DNA from: Owenia fusiformis | Lineage: Eukaryota | Assembly (NCBI GenBank): GCA_903813345.2 | Contig: CAIIXF020000001.1 | Span: 41,292,001-41,356,000, forward strand | Length of the DNA: 64,000 nt | Reading direction: 5' to 3' | Part shown: positions 52,711 through 64,000 of the stretch, piece by piece | How positions within the stretch are numbered: position 1 is the stretch's first letter | Layout of the letters: each line of letters starts with the position of its first letter | Made by a program: the position numbers and the translations under genes | The notes under the pieces: generated by a model | What the model was told of the DNA's origin: nothing | The model's database searches: none | Seen by the model: the letters and a program-made list of their open reading frames with translations, nothing else

Positions 52711-54199
52711 CCTGACTCTGAAAAATGGAAGTGATTTTAGTTTTTCATAAACAAGTTCAATGTATGGGCAGGAGTATAAGGCCCAGTGTATCTATTCTTG
52801 TATTGATTGGCTCTTAATAAGACATGAAAACTTGCTACATTCATTTTTTGATTATTAAATCTGAGTTATGAAATACTAGATATAGCAAGTATTCTAAATT
52901 GGCATAATTGACTGTGAAAATGTGCAGGTGGCTCAGTGATGACAAACCGATTGGACAATGATAAGTTTTTGTACTTTAATCATGTTATCTCTAGTGTAGC
53001 CAAGATGAGGCAGACGAGGCAATGTTTGAAATATTCCTCTAGCAATGACGAGTTGTAAATTAATTGTCTAACTTTTCAATCTTAAATCATCAATTTTTGA
53101 TTCAATTATGAACAATCTCTGGTTATGTACAGTGCGGGTAGTTTCAGTGATTCTTGGACTTTCCAAAATAGATATGAAAATTTGGTGAATTTCTCAATCC
53201 TCCAAGTTAAAAAAGAAGACAAATTAAGTAGTTCCATTCATTTAAGTCACAAACAAATGATTCGAGCTTTCAAATTAAACTAGCCACATAAATTCCATAT
53301 TTTGAAAATTCTTGATCCAATCTACCTTTTACCAATCCAATCCACTGAATCCGAACTATATTTCAACACGAGTGTAGATATAAATATGGGTGGTGTGAGT
53401 GTGTGGACTGATCCCTCTTCCATTAAAATCAATTCAAACATGACTGTAGTCACGCCTTCTATAAAATGTGAACAAAGTCAATATTTCATCCGGCATATAT
53501 TCGTCGACACACCAGCAGTAATATGAGTAATCTGTGACGTCATAAAGGTGGGCCATAATGAATATTCAAAAAAATTTGGTTAGTTTTCATGTTTTCGTAA
53601 TATAGACCTAAGAGCAGGTGTTACATCGACGAATAGATATCTTAGGGCTTGGCACAAAAGCTGCTCTTCAGTCTATATTTTTTAATTCGCTTACATAAAT
53701 GTCTCGAAATTGTAAGTCATCCATAACACAAAAGAAACAGAACAATATTGGTTGGGCTTTGTAATTTTAAGTACATCTTATTAGGCTACTCAATGTTTCA
53801 AAATGTGTTAAAACCACTCAATGAACGTCCAACCAAATGATGTCACATCAAATAAAGTATTAGTAAATTAATTATAATATCTAACCTAGCAATTTTTTGA
53901 GTGAGATAATGCCATTATTTGAGTTCCTTAATAATATTAATAACATATTTTACCAAAAATGTTGATAAAGTAACTTTTCTAAAAAGTCCTACTTCACATC
54001 AACCTTTAAATTTGAAATCAAATCATGAATGAATATTTGAACAATCGCCACCCCCTGACACACACAATCAGATGGATGAATGAGTGAATGGATGAAAGCC
54101 AATAAGTACAGGGTGGGCCGAAAAATATTTGTTAATTGATCATTAATTTCTTCTCTAAAATATACCAAAATCTTACTGAATGCATTCAACAAACATATA

Positions 54200-55330
54200 G
54201 GAGGGTGTTTCATATGTATGCACCCCCCTCTAAACTCATACAAGTAGCATTGCCTATCATGTTATATATCATGTTGTTCCTTTCAGCAAGTTACATAATA
54301 TTGCAAAGTTTCAGAATCCAGGGGTGTCCCTGAAAAAAGATACAATGTATCAAAGTATGCGGGTTAGGGTAATTTATAAGTATTTTTGTAAGCATATTTG
54401 GATCTAGTCCAGTGATCTAGTCCAGCCCAAACTTCTGGTCTGAGAGAAATTTTGGGCCTTAGAAGGCCCATTTATGACCAAAGAGGCCCACTTTTTGGGG
54501 CCTTAAGGCCTTTTTTTGCTCAAAAATTTTTTTGGGCCCAATTTTTTTTTCTGGGCCCGGGTCCCAGATCCGCCAGTGCTGGCTATATACTGATACAGTA
54601 TATCTTTGTGAATAATTGTTACAGACATGTGGACTGAACTCTGCCATAACTTGCTAGAAGTGTGCAATGCGGAAACTAAATTTGTCATTGCCCTTCCTTA
54701 CAGTAAAATTTTAAATGTTAGGAACTACTTTGAAATTAAAAAATAAGCAATCAAATTACTATATTGCAACAGTATATAAAAAAAATAGAAACCTATGTAC
54801 TTGTCCTAACTTTTGTATATTTCAGATAGTTATGTATAACATGTATAATGTGCAGTAAAGCTGTGGCCTTTTGTAATTTAGGGAGTTTCGGCCATGTTAA
54901 TTTTTCCGAAAATAACATGGCAGAGAAGCATCAAAATATAAGAGGGCACAGATATGATAGCTAAACTACAAAACAAACTAAAATATACAAAAGTTAGAAT
55001 ATGTATATGTTTCTATTTTTACATATACTGTTTCAATATGGTCCTTTGATTGCTTATTCTTTAAATTCAAAGTAGTTCCAAACATTTAAGATTTTACTGT
55101 AATTGCCCTTAAAATGACCAGAAATCCCCCCCGAAATGGCCCTATTCCCACATACTTCGATACATTGTATCTTTCTTCAAGGATGCCCCTGGATTCTGAA
55201 ACTTTGCAATCTTATGTCATGTATGTAACTTTCAATGATGAACGAAATTATATATAAAATGAGAGGGTTACAATGCTACATACATGTATATGATTTTAGA
55301 GTGGGATGCATACATATGAAATACCCTGTA
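54200..55330. mobile_element. Nested fold-back elements
   Basis: Outer inverted arms near 54200-54360 and 55150-55330; inner inverted arms starting TTACAGTAAAAT (54699) and ending ATTTTACTGTAA (55102). Confidence 0.65.
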
Positions 55331-55738
55331 ATGCTTGCTACCAATCAATTTGGATACAAAATGTTGATCATGTTACCAGATTTGACAAACATAACAGGTT
55401 TTTGCCAAGTTGAAGTTTTTGATCGATACTGTATTTGTCTTTAATTTGGAGAGCGTTTTAAATTGGCGAATTTTGGCGAATTAAAAAATCACCAAAATAA
55501 AGTCTCCAAAATCCCCGGGAATATGACATGTTTTTCGTTCTGTGCACTTTCAGTTATAAGAAAGATCACAAGGAGATATGCCGAGTACTAAAATAGAACT
55601 AATGGCATTTTAAATGAGTGACAAAATAGCAGTAATTTCATTGATTTTTTTGCGCTAAATGAGTACTCATATCATGAGTGATAAAATGGTACTAATAAAA
55701 TTGATTTTTCAGCACTAAATGAGTACTCATATCATGAA

Positions 55739-55934
55739 CAGTGATCTCCCCAGCATTAAAGCAAGTGGGTGCAGCACCCACCTGAGATTTTGAAAATAGG
55801 CTTGCACCCACCTGAAAATCCATTTGCACCCACTTGAAAATGAGAAAAATTGGCAAATTTTGACCAATTTTGGTCTGAATTGTGAAAATGAGAATTTTGC
55901 ACCACCCTAAGAAAAAATCCCGGGGAGATCACTG
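55739..55934. mobile_element. Small MITE with 5-bp target duplication
   Basis: CAGTGATCTCCCC / GGGGAGATCACTG flanked by ATGAA; internal GCACCCAC repeats. A related right end lies near 62600-62690. Confidence 0.7.
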
Positions 55935-56746
55935 ATGAATTAGTACTAAATTAGCACTCGTGACATGAGTGCTCATGAATGCACTTTTGCCAGAGTGCTA
56001 ATTTAGTACTAATTGAGTAATCAGCATATCTCCCTTTGGGATGTTTAAATTTACAGAAACAACACAAAATATTGAAGAAATTTATATAAACAACAAATTG
56101 ACACTGACAATGAGTATCTTGAATTGGGACACTTGAAAAACCATCAAATTAAATAGATGATAAAATGCCCAAAAACACAAAATTGCCAAATTAAGTAGGC
56201 CTAGCGCCAATTTAAAGACAAATACAGTAGCTTGGAGGAAAACCAACAAACAACTAAATGAATGATTTCTTTTGAAATGGGGTTCCAGACTTGAAATTGT
56301 ATTTTTGGGAGGAGGTCATATTAGCCTAGTCACATCAAATATTGTCTTGTAAAACTCATTACCACGAGAGGCTGCATTTATTAACTTTACCGCCAACGTA
56401 CATTTAAATGAACTTTGCTTAGTAATATTCTAATGTATTTCAATGGATAAATAAATCTTTTAACATACATTTAATATGTTTAAGTACAGTAACGTTCCAA
56501 CTTTTTGGCACATCCCATTTTAGACTGTGCCACAGCACCACACTCTATTTAGCTCCCACCACAACCTATTGGCAAATATTGATTGTTCCCACAGTCTAAT
56601 ATTGATTGAATACAGTACATACTATTAGCATGTAAAAGAATAAAATATAACATGAATATGATTCATCACGATTGAACAGTTATGCTAAATATGTTTCCAC
56701 CACACCCTAAATATTTCCTGGTAAGAGCCCTGCTATAGATATTTGA

Positions 56747-58063
56747 CTAGTCCAAGTTTGGCACAGATGTGGTCCCCTCATTGTGAGCATTGCCCCATAT
56801 AACATGAGAATAGGTGGCTCTGAGTTTTTTCTTAAGTTCTTCTGCGTGTGCCTGGTCCCTGGTCTCTACTACACATTTAACCTGCACACTAAATATGTCA
56901 GACTTCAGCCAAGCTCGCTCATGGAAAATATCCTTGATACTGACATGCATATCTGACATGAGCCTGGTAAGATCAGCTATACCCCCGGGTCTGTCACTGA
57001 CAGTGGCAACAAATCTACACAGTCGTCCATCTGCGGCAAGACCTCTATCGATGCATCTTCCCAAGATAGTTGTATCAATGTTGCCTCCACATAGAGGAAT
57101 CACCACCCTTTTGCCCTTAAGTTCTGGAAGTAGGCCAGCTAATACAGCAGCTAGTCCAGTGGCTCCTGCACCTTCTACCACTGCCTTCTCAATCTCCACC
57201 AGACGTAAGATAGACAGAGCAATGTACTCTTCATTTACAACCACCATTTTGTCAATAAGAGGAGCAGCAGTGGCAAAAGCATTCACTCCTACCAAAGGTA
57301 CAGCTAAACCATCTGCCAGGGTCGAGGCTGCATTTACATAAACAGGTTTACCAGCCTCTAGAGATGCAGTGAAACTTGCACATTTTTCTGATTCAACCCC
57401 AATTATAGTTATATTAGGTTGAAGATTCTTTAAAGCTAGAGCTGTGCCTGCAATAAGCCCCCCTCCTCCTACAGGTATGACGACTGCATCGATATCCTTC
57501 ACTTGCTCTACTATCTCTAGACCCATGGTGCCTTGACCAGCAAGGATGTGCGGGTGGTCATACCCATTGACATAGAGAGATCCATTGTCCCTGGCTAGAA
57601 GCATGGCATGTTTTCTTGATTCGATAATGTCCTTTCCATGTATTATAATACTGGCACCATAGTGTTTACATCTCATCACTTTCATCATGGGTGCAATTAC
57701 TGGCATCACCACTGTAACTGGTATCCCAAGGTCGTGTCCATGGTAGGCTAAGGCTAGGGCATGGTTCCCAGCACTAGCTGCAATTACACCTTTGGTTTTC
57801 TGGGCCTTGGTGAGCATCATGAGTGTGTATCTTGCACCTCTTTCTTTAAAGCTTCCAGTGTATTGTAAGAATTCCTTCTTGAAGTATATCTCCATGTCAA
57901 CATAGTCAGAGATATGCGACAGAGTGCAGGGTGTAGCCTGAATACCAGACTTGATTTTATAAGCAGCAGCACTGACATCTTGGAACTGAACCTGTATTGG
58001 TTTACTGGAGTCACAGAATGGGTCAATTAGTTCACCCTCATCATCTAAAGAATTGACTTGCAT
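56747..58063 (-). CDS. tdcB: PLP-dependent L-threonine/serine ammonia-lyase (TdcB/IlvA family) with C-terminal ACT domain, 438 aa
   Basis: Uninterrupted ORF with KKEFLQYTGSFKERG (PLP lysine), ASAGNHA, GQGTMGLEI, PVGGGGL, TLADGL, VEGAGA, LCGGNID and the ACT-domain motif DRPGGIADL. The symbol denotes the family, not proven orthology. Confidence 0.95.
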   Translation of the reverse strand: MQVNSLDDEGELIDPFCDSSKPIQVQFQDVSAAAYKIKSGIQATPCTLSHISDYVDMEIYFKKEFLQYTGSFKERGARYTLMMLTKAQKTKGVIAASAGNHALALAYHGHDLGIPVTVVMPVIAPMMKVMRCKHYGASIIIHGKDIIESRKHAMLLARDNGSLYVNGYDHPHILAGQGTMGLEIVEQVKDIDAVVIPVGGGGLIAGTALALKNLQPNITIIGVESEKCASFTASLEAGKPVYVNAASTLADGLAVPLVGVNAFATAAPLIDKMVVVNEEYIALSILRLVEIEKAVVEGAGATGLAAVLAGLLPELKGKRVVIPLCGGNIDTTILGRCIDRGLAADGRLCRFVATVSDRPGGIADLTRLMSDMHVSIKDIFHERAWLKSDIFSVQVKCVVETRDQAHAEELKKKLRATYSHVIWGNAHNEGTTSVPNLD

Positions 58064-58279
58064 ATTGAAGCTGACTTTTTAAGCTCCAATAAATGATTTT
58101 GAATTCGAATATTTGATCCGATTATCTTATCGGATTTATGCGTTGAACTTGAAGCTTGAAGACCTCTTCAATGAAAGATAAAATTTGAGCATAAAGAGAT
58201 CAAAATAACAAGAAACTTAACATGGAAATTTAGACTATACCGATGTGTATTTGGGAATAAAAATAAATCTTTATGTTAC

Positions 58280-58620
58280 CTGTCCCTGCACCTTTGCCAG
58301 TCTAATAGGCCTAGCATAGACTAGAAAATATCAAAATTTGCAAAAATTTTATTCAGGCCAAGGGCGCCGCCATTTTATTTTTCGTAGATTCACTTTTTTT
58401 CTTAATTTTTTTCCAATGAAATATAAATTCTCTTTTAAATGATGCAAAATTAAAAATATGAGTTACAATAGAATAAAAACTATAAAATGCTTGTTAGTTA
58501 TTTAAACGAAAGAGCCTTCGGAAGTATCCGGTGACATCCGATAGTGACGTCACTTCCTGAAACATTTGTGAAGACAATTTTTGATAAACATTTGTCACAT
58601 TCTTTCGTTTTGTTTCAAAA
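58280..58620. promoter_or_regulatory. Bidirectional promoter between the ammonia-lyase gene (-) and an unidentified plus-strand gene
   Basis: YY1-type GCCGCCATTTT near 58366, CRE palindrome TGACGTCA at 58545-58552 abutting ETS-type CACTTCCT, and CGGAAGT near 58519. Outward-facing donors on both sides: minus-strand CAG|GTAAC near 58280 and plus-strand CG|GTAAGA at 58742/58743. Confidence 0.6.
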
Positions 58621-58663
58621 TCTCACTAATTAATGGTAAAAATGATAAGTGAAACGTATTGCT

Positions 58664-58742
58664 ATGATGAATTATGTAAGTGATCATCTAATACGGGACA
58701 CGAAAAGGACAAAAGAAGTACATTACTTTGAGCAGGAAGTCG
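58664..58742 (+). other. Probable first exon of an unidentified plus-strand gene (possibly coding MMNYVSDHLIRDTKRTKEVHYFEQEV)
   Basis: Open frame from the ATG at 58664 to a consensus donor GTAAGA at 58743, directly downstream of the promoter motifs. No downstream coding exon was recognised within the window. Confidence 0.4.
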
Positions 58743-58994
58743 GTAAGAATTTTTATTTTTTTCGATGATAGATCTAGATCTAATTTTTCAATATTTTGAT
58801 CGTATGTCTTTTCCTCTACTTAGACTAGCCCAAGAGGAGGGGAAATCCCAGAGCTTTGATATAACAGTCATGATTATGTCACTTGCTGACCTCCATCGTT
58901 TGTTTGAATTTTCACCGGCTAGTTTTCAAATACTAAGCTCCGTTGTGATGTTTTAATTGATGTAGGCATATTCCGTACTTATTTCAATATTTAA

Positions 58995-59799
58995 AGATCA
59001 AACAGAAATTCTAGTGACTAGTTCATATGGTTAAAATAACTAAATAATGAAATGTAACAATGTGTCTACTTATCAGTTTGTTCTGTGTCATCCATCCTGC
59101 TAGGTTACATTGTGGAACGCAGCCAAACATGACAATGAAGGCAACAACATATCGATACTGATCTTAGCAGAATTCTTGGAAATTTAGATTGTCCATTTTG
59201 CAAGCTCACTTGAATGACACGTGTCTGATCATGTGACTAGTTACTGTATCGATCATTTGACTTAATGACGTGTCAATGACGTGTCACCCAACCATGTCTT
59301 CAAGGAAAACGGAAGTAAATATTTTGGAAAATGTTTTGCAAGCATTTGCTACTGATTATAGAAGGCCCAATTACGCTAAACTGCTAAATTGTTTTTCGTG
59401 CCTAACAGGCCCAGTACGACACTAACGAAACTGCTAAATTTGAATTTTTAGTCTGCTTATTGATCTATTGATTCATAAAGACCTGAAATGATGCATTCAA
59501 ATAAGACTGCCTCCTTAATGAAAACAATACACATAAAGTGGTCAAAAACAACGAACTAAAGTTGAAAGATCGCAATGTTCGCTACTTTGTTCAATTCCGG
59601 AAATCTCTAAAGGGCTGCAAATCGGAAATTTTTTAGATTTTATAACCTCAGAATACTGCCTTCAGTGTCGTGTTTGGCTGAGTTCCACAATGTAACCTAG
59701 CAGGATGGATGACATAGAACAAACTGATAAGTAGACACACTTGGTTACATTTCGTTATTTTAACCATATGAACTAGTCACTAGAATTTCTGTTTTATCT
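58995..59799. mobile_element. Fold-back MITE with ~145-bp arms (Kolobok-like ends)
   Basis: 58995-59142 is the near-perfect reverse complement of 59657-59799; ends TTAA|AG ... CT|TTAG. Confidence 0.75.
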
Positions 59800-60482
59800 T
59801 TAGTTCAACATCGTTAAACTCAATAACAGCTTTCTTTACTTTTAGTAATTATCTTGGCCGTTATTGAGTTTAACCTTGTTACTATACTTTCCTTAGTCAC
59901 AAGTTCTGGATATATCAAAATCACTTTTCCTCGATAATGTGCATCAAATGTCACGCAAATCACGCATTATGTTGATATTTTCAAAAAATGTTTTTTATAA
60001 AATGCTGATACGGTGAAAAAAACGAATGCAGAAAAGAAGCGCACGCATTCCGTTTAGACTTTGCACGCGATTTCCGTATTACGTCACACATTTGGTCCAA
60101 AACATGTCTATATATCACGCATTTGTTTCGAAAAATTTGCACCTTTATTTGCATATTTAAGAATTATAGACCGAAGAGCAGGTGTTATATCGGCAAATAC
60201 ACCCCTTAGAGCTAGGCACAAAAGGGCCTGCTGGGTGTTTTCGTCGATATTACACATGCTCTGAGGTCTATATTATGATTCGAACATGAAAACTCACCAG
60301 GAATTTTCGAATATTACTACGGCCCATCATTATGACATCACATATTACTCGTATTACCAGGGGTAGTGTTGACGAATATACCCTGTGTGAAATGTTGACT
60401 TTGTTCACAGTTTATAGAAGACGAGAATACAGTCATGTTCAAATTTGCCATAAATCATAGAATTTCAGTCTTTATTCCTTAA

Positions 60483-60934
60483 GGATGCAGTACCGGGTTG
60501 GTTTTCACGTCTGTTTGCGCAGGTTTGACTTCCGGTTTGAGAAAGCTAGCTCCCAAGAACGTCATTTTCGCATTTAGTCTTATTCAAAAATTATAGTTTA
60601 TTTCGATAATGGTGTTTCCAGAAAATAATTAAATTGCAAACATTTTATCGAGCATGTTTTATCCCTTTCACTTTTATGGGAAAACTTGTTCTTGAGTCCC
60701 AATTAGTGGATACGAAAACCAGGGTTCGAAAGGTGCCAGCTCTATTGAAAACTCAAAAAAGTAAAAAGATTCATTTTGGGTGGGTAAAATAATTTTTTTA
60801 TTTTGTAATTACCAGACGGTCAATCCTCTTCATATTGCACTTGGATGATGATTACATCATAGTGATACATTGTAAAAAATATGAGCAAAATCTAATGTCT
60901 GGAACTTTTTCTACGCTGACCTGGTACTGCATCC
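60483..60934. mobile_element. Kolobok-like MITE
   Basis: TTAA|GGATGCAGTACC ... GGTACTGCATCC|TTAA. Confidence 0.75.
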
Positions 60935-60941
60935 TTAAATA

Positions 60942-61805
60942 TACTCCTCAAAAAAAGTTGTTTACATGTTAACCCCCATATTTGTTTAACGACTGTTTTC
61001 TAAGCGGGGAACAAAAGAAATCCCAATAAAGAAAATAAATCTGTATCTTGATTCTATTCACCGCAACGTTTCAATGTTATATCTCCATTACATTGGGTCA
61101 AAATTTGGTGTCAAAATTGATGAATTTCATGAAAGTTAACAAAAATGGCAGATCCCATGTTAAACAAATGGGGAATGGTTGGGTTGCCATAAGTCATATG
61201 AGGAACGATCCATCCATCCGATTGCTCTCAAAATTGAGATTGTAAGAGATAATTAAATTTGCTAAAATGTCTACTCGACAAAAATATGATTTAATTGTCC
61301 AGGCTTTACAAAAGTTAATGGTTTCAAATTCAATAATTTTTTAATGAACCTCTTATTGAAATAACGCAGGTGGTTCAGTGAGGTGGTCAAAATTACTTTA
61401 ACGCTCCGTATCGCTAATTTAAACAACATAAGCGAGACATTTAGCATGTAAAATGTAAAATCATTCAATTTTCTACTTAGAAAGTATTTTTAATAAATGT
61501 TTTGCTGAATAGATATTCCAAAATCTGAGTTGCCCCTAAGCCACCATTCCCCATTTGTTTAACATGGGATCTGCCATTTTTGTTACATTCCATGAAATTC
61601 ATCAATTTTGACATCAAATTTTGACCCAATGTAATGGAGATATAACGTTGAAACGTTGCGGACTTTATAGTGAATAGAATCAAGATACAGATTTATTTTG
61701 TTTATTGGGATTTCTTTTGTTCCCCGCTTAGAAAACAGTCGTTAGAAAACAAATATGGGGGTTAACATGTAAACTTATGAGGTCCTTAACTTTTTTTGAG
61801 GAGTA
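60942..61805. mobile_element. Tc1/mariner-type fold-back MITE with ~225-bp inverted arms
   Basis: TACTCCTCAAAAAAAGTT / AACTTTTTTTGAGGAGTA; 60960-61183 mirrors 61545-61773, the source of the twin ORFs at 61048 (+) and 61683 (-). Confidence 0.8.
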
Positions 61806-64000
61806 CATATGATTTTTTTGCTAGATTAGTTACAAAATGTGAGCAAAATATTAATGTGTGATGCTGATTTGATATATTAAAGAGCAGGCCTCGAAATTAG
61901 CGTTGCGAAGGTTTAGATTCACTTCGCTAGTTCCAGACCCGAAGATTCGGTAAGAAAAAAGATTGAACTTCTGAGAAATGAAGTGAGCGATACTAGAGTA
62001 CTCACACTAAAACATGATAAGAATTACGCATATTGTAATTCGATGCATCCTCCCAATAAATATGTATCAGTGGGTCCTTTTCACACAACTCTAAACTAAT
62101 ATTATCTCAAAATAGGCAGAAATGTATGAAAGAAATGTTCAAATCTAGAGTTGTTTCGGCATTTAACCAAGTAGTCTATCGCAAAGCTTTTTGCGCATGT
62201 CAACATGACAGTCAAGGTCATGAACTTTAGTTTGAAGTTTCCTCTTTCCTTTCTAACATTTCTCATTATTCTTACGACTTTTACTTGGAAAATAAATCTG
62301 ATGATCTATCATTAAACAAATATCTTTCGGTATAAAATTAGATAGACATCGAACGGTCTCTAGCGGAAATAATAAAGATAATCGGGGAGAACATATCATT
62401 CAATTTGTGAGGCTCCACTAGGGATTTTTGCAATATTGTTTAGATTCTTGGTTCATTTAGCGATCTTTACTGTAAAAAATCCAATAACAATCCGTTCCAT
62501 TATTATGCTCCTTTCTGATGTTGCTAATAAGTCATTTTTTGCAAGAAAACTTGGCCAGACATTAAATATGCCTATTTTTTATGTTTTTCTCATTTTCAAG
62601 TGGGTGCAAATGGATTCTCAGTTGGATGAATGCCTATTATCAAAATCTCAAGTGGGTGCAGCGCTATTGCTGCTGGGGAGATCACTACAGTGTAATATCT
62701 TATTGTTGCGCTGGTAAGTCGTAAGAATAAAGATCAAAATCTTCACTATCTGGTTCTCTCAAATAGCTACCTGGAAAATCCACTAAGTAGTGAAACATCT
62801 ACCTGATAAAAAAAGTTAAGTGAGACCTGAAGAGGCTCACAGATAGGAACAAAATTAGATGTTAGAAATAACATCTTGAAAATTGTCGAGGCATATTGTA
62901 GCTTCTTATCCCGTTGGCAACCTCTTTATTTCCCAGACTTTAGCATATATTAATTTGTTCAAAGAAGTTGAACCTTTGTATTTTCCATATGTTGCTGATT
63001 CAAGTGTGTTTTGATTGATGGTGATGTGTTGAATACTAAAGTGTAACATGTGTAGTCTACCACCTACTTTAGGCCAATAGAGTTAAATTCTTTGTTTAAT
63101 ATCAGGTTTAAATAGAAATTTGCCATGTAACACAGATAAGAAGATTATGCAAAAATATAAAATGTCTTGGCATTTTGAAACTTTTTTATTGATGTTTACC
63201 ACTATAGTATCAATGCCAATGCCAATGCAGGGATAGATTTAACTTCACACAGGAGAAAGCAAGAGGATTCATTCATTAAGTTGTCTATAATTTCTTAAAT
63301 AAATGAAAAATGAAAGAGTACGTCAGTTACTACATGACAATAATATCACTTCACTGATTGGTCCCTTTAACTTTATCTAACTCTTGTAGAACCTAGAATA
63401 TAATCATTTTGAAATTTGAATGTTATATTACTTAAAGACTAGATTCAGCAGGAATAGCCAAGTTCCCACAGATCTTTTGTTGCTGATAGAAAACATCAAA
63501 ATCCTTTGGCCTTATAATTCCAAAGTGCATTTCAAAATATTTGCTAGCTCAGTTGTAATTACAAGACCATAAAACCAAAATGAGGCAAAAGTCAAAGTTG
63601 GAATAAATGTTGTAAATTATTAGAGTGGAGCCTTACAAAATAGATATATAACATTATGCAGTGATATTGCGTCAATAAAATGAGATTTGTTTTTAGACAT
63701 TGTTATAATATGCATAAATGGAGGTATCAGTATTTATTTATTTACTTTTTTTTTTAACTTTTTTTTCATCAGTTCAATAATTCAATGGACTACTAGATGC
63801 AAGTAGAAATATTCTTGATTTAAGTCATTAAATATTCAAAATTCAGTCAAAGTGATGCCAAATTTGAAATCTACATGTAAAAGTACATCTATAAATGAGG
63901 TTTCGAAGATTGTTTATCAACTTAAAATTTAATTTTTTTGAAAATGTGACTTCTAGTTTGGGGAGATTCCCCATTGACCCCATGTTATAAAATTACAAAA

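Noticed and set aside
56814..57341. 175-aa plus-strand ORF
   Set aside because: Antisense shadow of the ammonia-lyase CDS with no recognisable domain.
56747..58063. Bacterial contamination or recent horizontal transfer of ilvA/tdcB
   Set aside because: It is flanked by the same repeat families as the rest of the window, has an animal-type promoter and a probable 5'UTR intron, and has no operon context. The family is known from invertebrates.
1..64000. tRNA, rRNA or autonomous transposase/reverse transcriptase genes
   Set aside because: None recognised by eye; only a decayed mariner remnant (22209-23276). A tRNAscan/Infernal run would be needed to exclude small RNAs.

Overview
AT-rich, intron-rich animal genomic DNA, most likely a lophotrochozoan-type invertebrate (inference; the species cannot be named from this window). 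Five protein genes were reconstructed exon by exon, with GT-AG boundaries and consistent reading-frame phases. (1) The 3' 18 exons of DENND3 (+, 131-35086). (2) A complete 799-aa type I membrane receptor with four C-type lectin domains and an NPxY tail, nested antisense (2221-12801) in the 21-kb DENND3 intron. (3) A single-coding-exon LRR surface protein (+, 40283-41917). (4) A type II membrane paralogue of glucosidase II beta/PRKCSH without HDEL (-, 44991-52710). (5) A threonine/serine ammonia-lyase with an ACT domain and an intronless CDS (-, 56747-58063), lying head-to-head with a probable further gene. Introns are packed with non-autonomous DNA elements: Helentron/HINE-like elements, Kolobok-like, mariner and CACTA-like MITEs, and double-hairpin elements. 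Two signals stand out. First, a 1-kb tandem array amplifies a DENND3 intron/exon junction about 20 times, so that each unit reads like a complete mini-intron (GTATGG...CTGAT...TTTAG) with stacked AG|GT sites. Second, several sequence-unrelated double-hairpin elements share TTAT...ATAA arm ends, mostly with a dif-like ATAA-N5-TTAT core and c(GNA)g hairpin tips. All analysis was by eye; no searches were run.
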